Assembly: GCF_000008665.1 (NCBI RefSeq)
Contig: NC_000917.1
Coordinates: forward strand, 1,050,001-1,082,000
Length of the DNA: 32,000 bases
Direction of reading: 5' to 3'
Source of the DNA: Archaeoglobus fulgidus DSM 4304
Lineage (GTDB): Archaea > Halobacteriota > Archaeoglobi > Archaeoglobales > Archaeoglobaceae
The notes below the pieces were generated by a model, which was not told the DNA's origin, did not search any database, and was given only the letters and a program-made list of their open reading frames with translations. Positions 8,602 through 17,238 of the stretch are shown here, one piece after another. The position numbers and the translations under genes are program-made. Position 1 is the first letter of the stretch, and the number at the start of each line of letters is the position of its first letter.

Positions 8602-9951
8602 TTAATCTTTCACTTCGATACAATATTTTTCTACTAAATCCTGCCACTTTTCATAATCTTCATGTGAAAGAATGTAATTGTTAGCTTCTGCAATTGCGTT
8701 TAATCTCTGCCACTCTCTCGCGTCTTGGTATTCTTTACCAACAGAATCGAGAGAATCTCCATCACTCACAATGTATATTTTTGGCTTAGACTTAAGAGCC
8801 CCAACCCCTAAGTACTCTCCAGACATATCAGTAATGATGCTCGGAGTTGTGGTCTCCACGAAACAATAGCCAGAGCCTTGGTAAATGTAATTGGCGTATC
8901 TTCCGGGGCACTTTATTCCGACTGCCATGTGGTTTTCATCTTCATATACAAGTAAGACCACTCCAAAACCCAGTTCCTTAAGCAACAAGGCCAATAGCAG
9001 TGATTTGTCCTGACAAACACCTTTATAATCATACAGAGCCTCGTAGGGATATTTCCAACTCTCAGTGCTCAGGGTGAAAACCTTCTCGTAGTCGTAAGGA
9101 ATCATCTGCACAATGCTAATGGCAATTCTGGCCTGATCATCTTTAGTTTGCCCAATTACCTTTATCAGCTTAATGAGTTCTTGGATAAATTCAACCTGAT
9201 CTGGTTGGTTAATAATCATTTGATAAATCTCCTGATCGCTTGGGCATTCTGGATCGCAGACAAATGTTCTGGGGAGATTTGAGAGATACTCTTTTAGACC
9301 CCTATACACTGTGAAAGGCAGAGAACTTTTAAGCCCGTTATTGCAGTAGCTCAGAGACCTGTGCTCCGGCCCTAAGGTTAGCTGATATATGCAGCCATCT
9401 CCTTTAGGTATGTACTTTTTTGGGCATCCGCACAAAGAGGCTTTTTTGACAAGAGACCCATTATCACAGAAAAGTGGTCTTGTTGGCGAGCAGGAACCAT
9501 ATGGAGTTCCGTCGTCACACTTTTTGATAGCTGGTGAAGGAGGAACGGTTTGCGAAGGTGGCACTTCTGAAAAAGTTATCGTTCCAGACTGTACGTCAAA
9601 AGGGAAGATATCCGGTAACTGTTTGGAGCGCGAGTAGGTATAGGCTGCAGACACAATAGCGACAAGTAGAACTATAGCGATTAGATACTTAATCGCACTT
9701 CCGCTCTTTTTCTTTTTTACCTGCACTGGAACCCAGTTGTCCTCCGTTCTAACTTTTAATCTTGACGTTCTGCGTCTCGAATAAGTTTTCTTTCTGTGGG
9801 TTCTTGGTGGTGGCGCCTTTCTTCCCCACTGAACTATATTAGGACAGTTGTGTTTAGGAGGTAGCCTATGATCTTCACAAAAAAGACTTCCACAATAGTT
9901 ACATCTAAATGGTAAGTCCACTTTTTTGCCACAGAAATCACATTTAGCCAT
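8602..9951 (-). CDS. AN1-type zinc finger membrane protein with transglutaminase-like domain
   Basis: CDFCGKKVDLPFRCNYCGSLFCEDHRLPPKHNC; TM segment YLIAIVLLVAIVSAAYTY; Cys/His of a transglutaminase fold in YKGVCQDKSLLLALLLKELGF ... ENHMAVGIK. Confidence 0.8.
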   Translation of the reverse strand: MAKCDFCGKKVDLPFRCNYCGSLFCEDHRLPPKHNCPNIVQWGRKAPPPRTHRKKTYSRRRTSRLKVRTEDNWVPVQVKKKKSGSAIKYLIAIVLLVAIVSAAYTYSRSKQLPDIFPFDVQSGTITFSEVPPSQTVPPSPAIKKCDDGTPYGSCSPTRPLFCDNGSLVKKASLCGCPKKYIPKGDGCIYQLTLGPEHRSLSYCNNGLKSSLPFTVYRGLKEYLSNLPRTFVCDPECPSDQEIYQMIINQPDQVEFIQELIKLIKVIGQTKDDQARIAISIVQMIPYDYEKVFTLSTESWKYPYEALYDYKGVCQDKSLLLALLLKELGFGVVLLVYEDENHMAVGIKCPGRYANYIYQGSGYCFVETTTPSIITDMSGEYLGVGALKSKPKIYIVSDGDSLDSVGKEYQDAREWQRLNAIAEANNYILSHEDYEKWQDLVEKYCIEVKD

Positions 9952-10471
9952 TTATTAGACCCCCATTATTCCACATCGAATCATAAAAAAGCAATCCGAC
10001 AAACAAAAGCAAAAACACCTTTTGTAGTAAAACTTCTCCTTCAGAACCTGTCTTGACGAGATTTATCCGAAAATTTCCGTTTTTGGGCCACAACCAGTTC
10101 ACTCCTGTGGGGTTCAAGCTGTCACTGATCAAGTGAGCCACGTATCCCAAAAAGAAAACAATAGAGTAAATCGGGCTGGACCCGAAGATTAAAAGCAAAA
10201 TTGCAAAAATAAAAGAGAAAATTCCGGCACCAACGAGGCTGTGTGTCCAACCTCTGTGATGCGTTGTTTTTAGAATCGCTCCAGAAAAAACACCCCAGTA
10301 GCTCTTGCTGATGTAGGAGTGGGGGTGATCAATGTCAGGGAGCAGAGTGGAAAACATTGAGATTGTCAGTGCATAGCTATAGGGGATAAACTCGGTGAAC
10401 GATGGAATGAACTCGGCAATTGCGGTGATGAAAAGCATTGAGAAGATCACATGTGTAGTGTGCCTCATCAC
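9944..10471 (-). CDS. DUF457/YdjM-like membrane-bound putative metal-dependent hydrolase
   Basis: LLPDIDHPHSYISKS, THHRGWTHSL, GYVAHLISDSLNPTGVNWLWP. Confidence 0.82.
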   Translation of the reverse strand: MMRHTTHVIFSMLFITAIAEFIPSFTEFIPYSYALTISMFSTLLPDIDHPHSYISKSYWGVFSGAILKTTHHRGWTHSLVGAGIFSFIFAILLLIFGSSPIYSIVFFLGYVAHLISDSLNPTGVNWLWPKNGNFRINLVKTGSEGEVLLQKVFLLLFVGLLFYDSMWNNGGLING

Positions 10472-10659
10472 CAGAGACCGAATCCCTTCTTTCTCTTCTT
10501 CTTTCTCTCAGCGCGCCTCTCTGCGGCACCCAGTGGATCGATAGTCGTGGGGTCTAAAACTCTTACACCTCCAAACTTGGTTTCATGCGACTTCGCAATG
10601 TGCTGATTCAAACCCCTTTTCGTTTTAAACCACCTACCACAATAAGGACATTCGGGCAT
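10468..10659 (-). CDS. Small C2H2 zinc-finger protein
   Basis: 63 aa; CPYCGRWFKTKRGLNQHIAKSH finger and basic tail RRAERKKKRKKGFG; overlaps the next gene by 4 nt. Confidence 0.75.
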   Translation of the reverse strand: MPECPYCGRWFKTKRGLNQHIAKSHETKFGGVRVLDPTTIDPLGAAERRAERKKKRKKGFGLW

Positions 10660-10788
10660 ATGTCACACCTTGCTATACTAAATTAAAGTAGTCTTAAATT
10701 TTTCGTTCCATATTGCATTCTTTCATCCACCCCCCAATAACTACCGGCAAATATGATGAGTTCCAGCTATCGAGGGGTTAGCAGTCTT

Positions 10789-10809
10789 TCCCCAATTCCT
10801 GATTGGGGA
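10789..10809. terminator. Intergenic hairpin, possible terminator or regulatory stem-loop
   Basis: TCCCCAAT-TCCTG-ATTGGGGA: 8-bp perfect stem with 5-nt loop, in the 10660-10942 intergenic region downstream of the minus-strand hbd. Confidence 0.4.
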
Positions 10810-10942
10810 TATTTTAAAGCTTTTAACACTTTTCAATAGATTGTCCAAGCGGGATTTTTTCGATGATAAAATGCTGAATATCTTTTTTCTCAGAATATTT
10901 TTTTATTAGTCGTATGAAAAAAGTATTGAAAATTTTAGATGA

Positions 10943-11830
10943 TTAGCGCTCTATCCCGTAGTAGTCGTACCACCCTCCTCTGCTTCCGGGCTTCCTTCCC
11001 ACGTAACCTGAAAGGACGAGCTTCTTCAACGTGTTTGGTGCAGCGTAGTGCGGCTCCTTCGTTTCGTTGTACAGATACTCGGCAATGTGCAGCGCAGTAT
11101 CCAAGCCAATGAGGTCCATGAGCTCAAAGGGACCCATTGGGAAGCCGAAAGCCAGCTTGCACATCTCGTCAATCTCCTTAATTCCTGCAATTCCAATCTC
11201 GAAGAGTCTTACCGCCTCAACGAGCCACGAGTTTATGAATCTGGTTGTGAAGAAGCCCGGACCATCTCCTGCCTCGATGGGAATCTTGCCCATCTTCTTG
11301 GAAAGCTCAACGGTGATGTTGAAGGTTTCATCGCTCGTTAATGCCCCTCTTATAACCTCGATCAGCCTCATAACCGGAGCAGGATTGAACCAGTGCATCC
11401 CGATGAACTTGTCCTTCCTCTCCACAGCCGTAGCCAGATCAGAAATCATTATTGCGGAGGTGTTTGAGGCTATGATGGTTTCTGGCTTGCATATTCTGTC
11501 CAGCTCGGCAAAAATCTTCTTCTTTAGGTCAGCTTTCTCGGTTACAGCCTCAATTATGAAGTCCGCATCCTTTAAAGCTTCGAGAGACGTTGATGTCCTT
11601 ATCCTCGCCATCACCGCCTTTGCCTCATCCTCGCTCATCTTTCCCTTCTCCACAAGCCTTCTCAGGCCAAAGGGGCCTGATTCTATCAGCTCCATCGCCT
11701 TTTTAAGCACTTCTTCACTCACGTCAACCATTACCACATCATAGCCGGTTCTCGCAGCCACCTGAGCAATTCCATGCCCCATAACTCCAGCGCCAACAAC
11801 TCCAATAACCTTAATATCCTCCAGCTTCAT
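10943..11830 (-). CDS. hbd: 3-hydroxybutyryl-CoA / 3-hydroxyacyl-CoA dehydrogenase
   Basis: IGVVGAGVMGHGIAQVAARTGYDVVMVD, ASNTSAI, GMHWFNPAPVM, DGPGFFTTRF. Confidence 0.93.
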   Translation of the reverse strand: MKLEDIKVIGVVGAGVMGHGIAQVAARTGYDVVMVDVSEEVLKKAMELIESGPFGLRRLVEKGKMSEDEAKAVMARIRTSTSLEALKDADFIIEAVTEKADLKKKIFAELDRICKPETIIASNTSAIMISDLATAVERKDKFIGMHWFNPAPVMRLIEVIRGALTSDETFNITVELSKKMGKIPIEAGDGPGFFTTRFINSWLVEAVRLFEIGIAGIKEIDEMCKLAFGFPMGPFELMDLIGLDTALHIAEYLYNETKEPHYAAPNTLKKLVLSGYVGRKPGSRGGWYDYYGIER

Positions 11831-12664
11831 TCAATCACCTCCTTCAACAAACTTCCAGAAGTCGGGCTTCCTCTTCTCCATGAAGGCGTTTCTGCCCTCA
11901 AGCGACTCCTCAGTGCCGTAGTAGAGGCTTAGCCCTCCCACGCCAAGCTCCGTTATGCCCGCAAGGCCTTCAGTGTCAGCCAGAAAGGCGTATTTTAGCA
12001 TTTTCAATGCTGTAGGGCTTTTTTCAAGCAGCTCGCTGCACCACTTCTCCACCTCTTCGTCAAGCTTCTCGTGGGGGACAACAGCATTGACAAGGCCCAT
12101 TTTCAGGGCCTCTTCAGCGGTGTAGAGCCTGCAGAGGAACCAGATTTCCTTCGCCCTCTTCATTCCAACGTTTCTCCAAAGCTCTCCAGTGCCAAAACCT
12201 GGGTCGAAGCTGCCAACCCTCGGCCCCGCCTGACCGAACTTTGCTTTTTCAGAGGCTATTGAGAGATCACAGTTCACCTGCCAAACATGCCCCCCACCGA
12301 CAGCATAGCCATTCACTCTCGCAATGACTGGCTTGGGAATGTGCCTGATGAGAAAGGTGACTATCTGCCATCCCACCTCAAGCGGTAAAGCGGCAATAGT
12401 CCCCTCAAGCTCCTCGCTGCTGTAGCTGTACCCACCCAGATCCCTGATGGACTGGTCCCCACCGACGCAGAAGGCTTTATCCCCTGCCCCCGTGAAAACG
12501 ACAACACCAATCTTCCTGTCCGTCCATGCGTCAATGAAGGCCTTGCTAATCTCGTAAACCGTCACGGGCGTGCAGGCGTTCAGCTTTTCGGGGCGGTTGA
12601 TGGTTATTTTCGCCACTCTTCCCTCTTTCTCGTAGATTATGTCCTGAAACTTCAAAAAGCCCAC
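11831..12664 (-). CDS. Enoyl-CoA hydratase/isomerase family, MenB/BadI-like
   Basis: INRPEKLNACTP, GDKAFCVGGDQSIRD, GYAVGGGH oxyanion-hole motif; GTG start. Confidence 0.87.
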   Translation of the reverse strand: MGFLKFQDIIYEKEGRVAKITINRPEKLNACTPVTVYEISKAFIDAWTDRKIGVVVFTGAGDKAFCVGGDQSIRDLGGYSYSSEELEGTIAALPLEVGWQIVTFLIRHIPKPVIARVNGYAVGGGHVWQVNCDLSIASEKAKFGQAGPRVGSFDPGFGTGELWRNVGMKRAKEIWFLCRLYTAEEALKMGLVNAVVPHEKLDEEVEKWCSELLEKSPTALKMLKYAFLADTEGLAGITELGVGGLSLYYGTEESLEGRNAFMEKRKPDFWKFVEGGD

Positions 12665-12696
12665 CTCCGGGCAGGGAAAAATGTACTGGAAAATAC

Positions 12697-14691
12697 TTAA
12701 GATTTCCTCTTTGCAACCGTAACCATGTGTCTCAGTGCCCTTACAGCCCTTTCTGGAGTGGGGTAAACGGGAACTCCGCTCCTCTCAATCTCAATCCTCG
12801 CCTGCCTCAGCTCCTCTATGTCGTCCTTCATGGTGAAAAGGACCGGCTTGCTGAACTTCCTGGTCCACGAGAAGTCGACGCCGAGCTTCATAATGCTGGG
12901 AATGAAAACCCCCGCAACAATCGCATCTATGTTCTCATCCTCGTTGAAGACCTTCAGCACCTCATTGAAGACCTCATCACCGCTTTTTTCTGCTATTGGA
13001 TAGAGGTCGAGCGGGTTGTTGATGCTGTGCCACTCCGGGGCGAGTTCGTACAGCCTTTCGAGCGTTTTCTCCGAGTACTTCGCCAGCTCCAAGCCGTTCT
13101 CCACTACTGCATCCGCTGACATCACGCACTCTGCCCCAGAAGGCTGGATTACGCCAACTCTCGTGCCTCTGGGAAGGGGCTGCAAGGCGAGGGCCTTCGC
13201 AGCATCCACCAGCTCCTCGAAATCGTAAACCTTTGCCACTCCTGCTTGTTTGCATGCGGCCTCGAAAATCTCCTCGCTTGTTGATATTGAGGCGGTGTGG
13301 CTTAAGGCGCTCCTCTTCCCCGCCTCAGTCCTCCCCGACTTCAGAACGACGATGGGCTTGGTTGAGGCTTTCATGAGCTCGTAGAACTTCCTGCCGTTTG
13401 TGAAGCCTTCGAGGTAGGCTGCAACAACCCTCGTTTTTTCATCCTTCAGCAAAAAGTTTAGCACCTCCACCTCTCCAACATCAGCCTTGTTGCCTATTGC
13501 AACGATTTTGCTGAATCCTACATGCCACAGAGGCAGGAGAATGAAGTTGGCAACCGCACCGCTCTGGGCGAGAACACCGATGTTTCCTTGACCGATTTTT
13601 CTGAGCACTGAGAAGAAGGAGGTCAATCCCGATTCAGGGTCGAGTATGCCCATAGTGTTTGGCCCGACTATCCTCATTCCGCTTTTCCTTGCAATCTCCA
13701 CAATCTGCCTTTCCAGCTCCTTTCCCTGCTCCCAGCCCTCCGCAAAACCTGCGCTCAAAACAATGATTCCTTTAACTCCCTTCTCCGCACACTCCTTAAC
13801 GACCTCTATGGCGTTTTTTGAGGGGACTGCTATTACGGCGAGGTCAACCTTATCCGGAATCGCTCTGACTGAGGGATAGCACTTATAGCCAAGAATCTCG
13901 CCTGCATTGGGGTTGACGGGATAAACCTTCCCCCTAAAGCCAAGGTGCTTCAAATTGGAAAGAACCCTCCCACCGGGCTTGAGAAGGTTCCTTGAAGCCC
14001 CAATAACCGCCACACTCTTGGCTTTGAAAAAGAAGCTTATATCCTCAACACCCATCTCAAATCTCTTCCTCTCCCCCACCACAATCCTCGCATCCGCCAC
14101 AACAGCTCCTCTCTCATACACAAAAACCGGATTCAGGTCCATCTCCACTATACTCTCCCTCTCAACAACCTCATTCAGCTTAAGCAGCAAATCAACAACT
14201 GCCCCAACATCCCCCCTAACTCCTCTGTAACCCTCAAGCAGCTTATACCCCTTAACCTCCCTAACCATCTCCTCCGCATCTCTCCTTGTTAGGGGAAGCA
14301 GGCGGAAGCTGACATCCTTCAGAACCTCAACAAAAACACCACCAAGCCCAAACATTGCAACGCTTCCAAACTGCTCGTTCTCTGCAACGCCAACAATAAC
14401 CTCGATCCCCTTCTCAAGCTGGGGCTGAACGTTAACTCCCTCAGCTTTTGGAATGGACATCAGCCTTTGGAAAACCTCCCTAACCTCATCCTCCGATTTA
14501 ACGTTAAGAATGACTCCACCAACGTCGCTCTTGTGCACAATTTCTCTGCCTGCAACCTTCATCACAACGGGAAAGCCGATTTCCTTCGCAGCTTTAACAG
14601 CCTGCTCTTCTGTTTCGCAGAAGATGCACTTTGCAGTCTTTATGCCGTACTTTTCCAGCAGAGCTTTGGATTCGTGTTCGAGGAGTAGCAT
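12697..14691 (-). CDS. Acyl-CoA synthetase (NDP-forming), fused, ATP-grasp (beta) domain N-terminal to CoA-binding (alpha) domains
   Basis: N-terminal LLEKYGIKTAK...FPVVMKVAGREIVHKSDVGGVILNV (ATP-grasp), then KSVAVIGASRNLLKPGGRVLSNLKHLGF ... VGPNTMGILDP ... LSHTAS. Confidence 0.9.
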   Translation of the reverse strand: MLLLEHESKALLEKYGIKTAKCIFCETEEQAVKAAKEIGFPVVMKVAGREIVHKSDVGGVILNVKSEDEVREVFQRLMSIPKAEGVNVQPQLEKGIEVIVGVAENEQFGSVAMFGLGGVFVEVLKDVSFRLLPLTRRDAEEMVREVKGYKLLEGYRGVRGDVGAVVDLLLKLNEVVERESIVEMDLNPVFVYERGAVVADARIVVGERKRFEMGVEDISFFFKAKSVAVIGASRNLLKPGGRVLSNLKHLGFRGKVYPVNPNAGEILGYKCYPSVRAIPDKVDLAVIAVPSKNAIEVVKECAEKGVKGIIVLSAGFAEGWEQGKELERQIVEIARKSGMRIVGPNTMGILDPESGLTSFFSVLRKIGQGNIGVLAQSGAVANFILLPLWHVGFSKIVAIGNKADVGEVEVLNFLLKDEKTRVVAAYLEGFTNGRKFYELMKASTKPIVVLKSGRTEAGKRSALSHTASISTSEEIFEAACKQAGVAKVYDFEELVDAAKALALQPLPRGTRVGVIQPSGAECVMSADAVVENGLELAKYSEKTLERLYELAPEWHSINNPLDLYPIAEKSGDEVFNEVLKVFNEDENIDAIVAGVFIPSIMKLGVDFSWTRKFSKPVLFTMKDDIEELRQARIEIERSGVPVYPTPERAVRALRHMVTVAKRKS

Positions 14692-14741
14692 GAAATTGCT
14701 TTGATTAACATATATATTACTATTTTGCTGTAATTTTTAAT

Positions 14742-15323
14742 TCAGAAAATTCTTAAAAGTGTACCATCCAGCATAATTGCGTACCATCTTTTGTAATCGT
14801 ACCTCCTGAACATGAAGCCAGCTGGTCTGTCAAGGTTAACCGCGGTGGAGGCGCAGAGGTCGTTGAATGCAGGAAGAACGACGACTCTTTTGTCTTCAAC
14901 CTCTCCTGTGAGAAAAACTCTCTCTCTGTAACCGCCAGCAGAGTCTTTTACGAAGTAAGCCGGATGTGCGTGGCCGAAAATCAGAACCTTTGCATCCAGG
15001 ACTTCCTCATCAGGCACAGCATGACCGTGGAAAATTCCGTACTTTCCGATTCTGATGCTTTTCTCCCCACTCAATCCGATGTCGTGATTTCCCCTTATAA
15101 GAATCAGATCAGTTACTTCACCAATCTCCCTGATAAACCTCTCGTGCAACCCCTTTTTGCCGATATGCTTCAAATCACCTGCTACAATCAGAGCTTCGAC
15201 TCGCTCTGCTATGCTGAGAGCCTTCTCAATCAGTTCGTTATCATAGTGCCTAACCAGACCGAGATGTATGTCAGCGATTACAGCTTTCCTGCCGATAAAG
15301 AGCACATCCTCCTCTATCCTCAT
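14742..15323 (-). CDS. Metallophosphoesterase (calcineurin-like, ICC-like)
   Basis: AVIADIHLGL, VAGDLKH, LIRGNHD, GIFHGHAVP and IFGHAHP motifs. Confidence 0.88.
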   Translation of the reverse strand: MRIEEDVLFIGRKAVIADIHLGLVRHYDNELIEKALSIAERVEALIVAGDLKHIGKKGLHERFIREIGEVTDLILIRGNHDIGLSGEKSIRIGKYGIFHGHAVPDEEVLDAKVLIFGHAHPAYFVKDSAGGYRERVFLTGEVEDKRVVVLPAFNDLCASTAVNLDRPAGFMFRRYDYKRWYAIMLDGTLLRIF

Positions 15324-15324
15324 C

Positions 15325-15771
15325 TCACTGGAATACTTCTCTCTCTACCTCCTCGATGTAAGGCGCGATGTTTATCCCCACCTCTTTGGCTACGATTAGT
15401 GCAGCCACCGGAAAACTGATTATGCCGCCAAGCTCTTCCTGCTTCCTGTTTACCATGGAAACGACTTCCCTGCCATCCTTTTTTAGTTTTACAGCTATCT
15501 CTTCAATGATTCTATCCGTTACCGACCTTGACAGAAGCTCTGAAAGGTCAGGCTTGAAGTCCGTAAGTTCAACCTCATCCAGGTCAAAGGTTGGCTGGAG
15601 TTCATCATCGCCTGCAAGCAACCCCTCCTTCTCGGCCTCCTCCACGACCTTCTTGCTCCCTTCGTGGGTAAACCAGTTCAAATCGAAGCTCATGGTATAA
15701 ATCAACTCGCTTCTTTTCATTTTCTTTTTTCCCTTGCTCTTGAAGGCTGCAGCGATCACCTTGCGCATCAT
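15325..15771 (-). CDS. DUF2240-like archaeal protein
   Basis: 148 aa; basic N-terminus and ELIYTMSFDLNWFTHEGSKKVVEEAEKEGLLA; directly downstream of rfcL. Family assigned from memory of archaeal gene context. Confidence 0.6.
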   Translation of the reverse strand: MMRKVIAAAFKSKGKKKMKRSELIYTMSFDLNWFTHEGSKKVVEEAEKEGLLAGDDELQPTFDLDEVELTDFKPDLSELLSRSVTDRIIEEIAVKLKKDGREVVSMVNRKQEELGGIISFPVAALIVAKEVGINIAPYIEEVEREVFQ

Positions 15772-17211
15772 TCAGGAAAAGAAGGAATCGAGAGTTAAAT
15801 TTTTTCCGGCTTTCTTTCTCGCTCTTGGCTCCTCTCTCTCTTCTTCAGGTTTCTCCTCAGCAACTTCCTCAACACTCTCCTCCTTCTCTTCCTTTTCAGC
15901 TTTCACAAAGCTTTCAAGGAAGGTCTCGTCCTCAATTCTGTGCATTCCGTGCTTCTCAACGTATTTCCAGATTTCGTCCCCCTTCTCCCCAACAAGGAAT
16001 TCCAGTTCCTCCTTTGTGAACTCGTAGAAGGCCGCGATGGTTGCAGCTTTGTCCACATCAAGCTCCTTTAAGAGCAGCTTTATCACGGGGAACATTTCGG
16101 TGCGGGCTTTTCTCATAGAGAGGTGGCTGTACTTCCCAATCTTTTCGAGTATTTTTCTCGTCATTTCCCTTTTCTGCCTGAGCTGGAAGAGCATCTGCCA
16201 GACGGCCGGCCTTCTGTACCTAGTGAAGCCTTTCTTGGGTTCCTCCTTCATTTGCTGAACGCCGACGGTCATGAGATAGCTTGCGTACTTCCACAGCCTG
16301 TAGAACTGCCTTCTCCTAACTCTACCGAGAAAAATATCTGCTCTTGAAAGCGCCTCGTAAGCGTTGACCAGCTCAACGCCAGAGTACTCCAGGGGCAGGT
16401 TCTCGTCAACCCAGTGGATGACGTCTTCCGGAGACTCGTCAAGAAGCATGGCCTCATTGTAAACAGCCGGATTTTTTGTTTTGAAAATCATTTGCATTAC
16501 TCTGAAAATGTCTTTTTCCTGCGTTCTCTTCGTTAAGAAGACATCTTCCGGTTTCAGCTCCTCTTTCCCCTCTGCGAGGGCTTGAAAATCGTTAATTGCA
16601 GCTCTTAAATCTCCTCCGGCGTTCTCAGCTATTTTTAGAAGAACGCTTTTATCTACCTTAATTCCCTCCTTCAAAGCAATTCTCTCAAGAACTCTGGCAA
16701 CCTGCTGTTTTGTTAGCCTTTTGAAGTTAATCATCTCGCAAAGATTCCTCAGCTCAGGGGAGAGCTTGTAAGGGTCGTTGGCAATCAGAATTAAGGGTTG
16801 TGCGGGCTTCCTTTTAATGAGCCTTATTAGTGCAGCCTCTCCCCCAACATCCTCCTTCTTGTGAATGTTGTCAACCTCGTCAAGAATAATTAGCTTCAGC
16901 TTCCCGATTCTTGATGAAAGAAACTCCCCCTCGTCGCTTATTGTCTCGTTAAACGCTCCTTCTCCAACAATTCTTTCTATAACCCTCCAGCTCCTCTGGT
17001 CACTGGCGTTAAGCTCAACAGCCTCCCAGCCCATTGTGTTGGCAAGGGCCAGAGCGAGGGACGTTTTTCCCACGCCGGGAGGACCGGCGAGAAGAAGGGG
17101 CTTACTTCCTCTCTTCCAGCTTTTAGCCCATTTAATGACCCTGGTGATTATGCTCTTGTCTGCAACGACTTCTTCAAGAGTTTTCGGTCGATACTTCTCA
17201 ACCCACAGCAT
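15772..17211 (-). CDS. rfcL: Replication factor C large subunit
   Basis: WVEKYRPKTLEEVVADKSI, Walker A LLAGPPGVGKTSLA, LIILDEVDNI, C-terminal PIP-like NLTLDSFF. Confidence 0.95.
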   Translation of the reverse strand: MLWVEKYRPKTLEEVVADKSIITRVIKWAKSWKRGSKPLLLAGPPGVGKTSLALALANTMGWEAVELNASDQRSWRVIERIVGEGAFNETISDEGEFLSSRIGKLKLIILDEVDNIHKKEDVGGEAALIRLIKRKPAQPLILIANDPYKLSPELRNLCEMINFKRLTKQQVARVLERIALKEGIKVDKSVLLKIAENAGGDLRAAINDFQALAEGKEELKPEDVFLTKRTQEKDIFRVMQMIFKTKNPAVYNEAMLLDESPEDVIHWVDENLPLEYSGVELVNAYEALSRADIFLGRVRRRQFYRLWKYASYLMTVGVQQMKEEPKKGFTRYRRPAVWQMLFQLRQKREMTRKILEKIGKYSHLSMRKARTEMFPVIKLLLKELDVDKAATIAAFYEFTKEELEFLVGEKGDEIWKYVEKHGMHRIEDETFLESFVKAEKEEKEESVEEVAEEKPEEEREEPRARKKAGKNLTLDSFFS

Positions 17212-17238
17212 TCAAATCCAGTCGTCCAAAGGAGTATA

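Noticed and set aside
8560-8625. AATATTG/CAATATT inverted repeat as a terminator for the 8602..9951 gene
   Set aside because: One arm lies within the coding sequence; long AT-rich loop expected by chance; weak support.
10468-10659. C2H2 mini-protein as proof of an integrated virus or plasmid
   Set aside because: No integrase, att-like repeats or structural genes found nearby; composition only hints at foreign origin.
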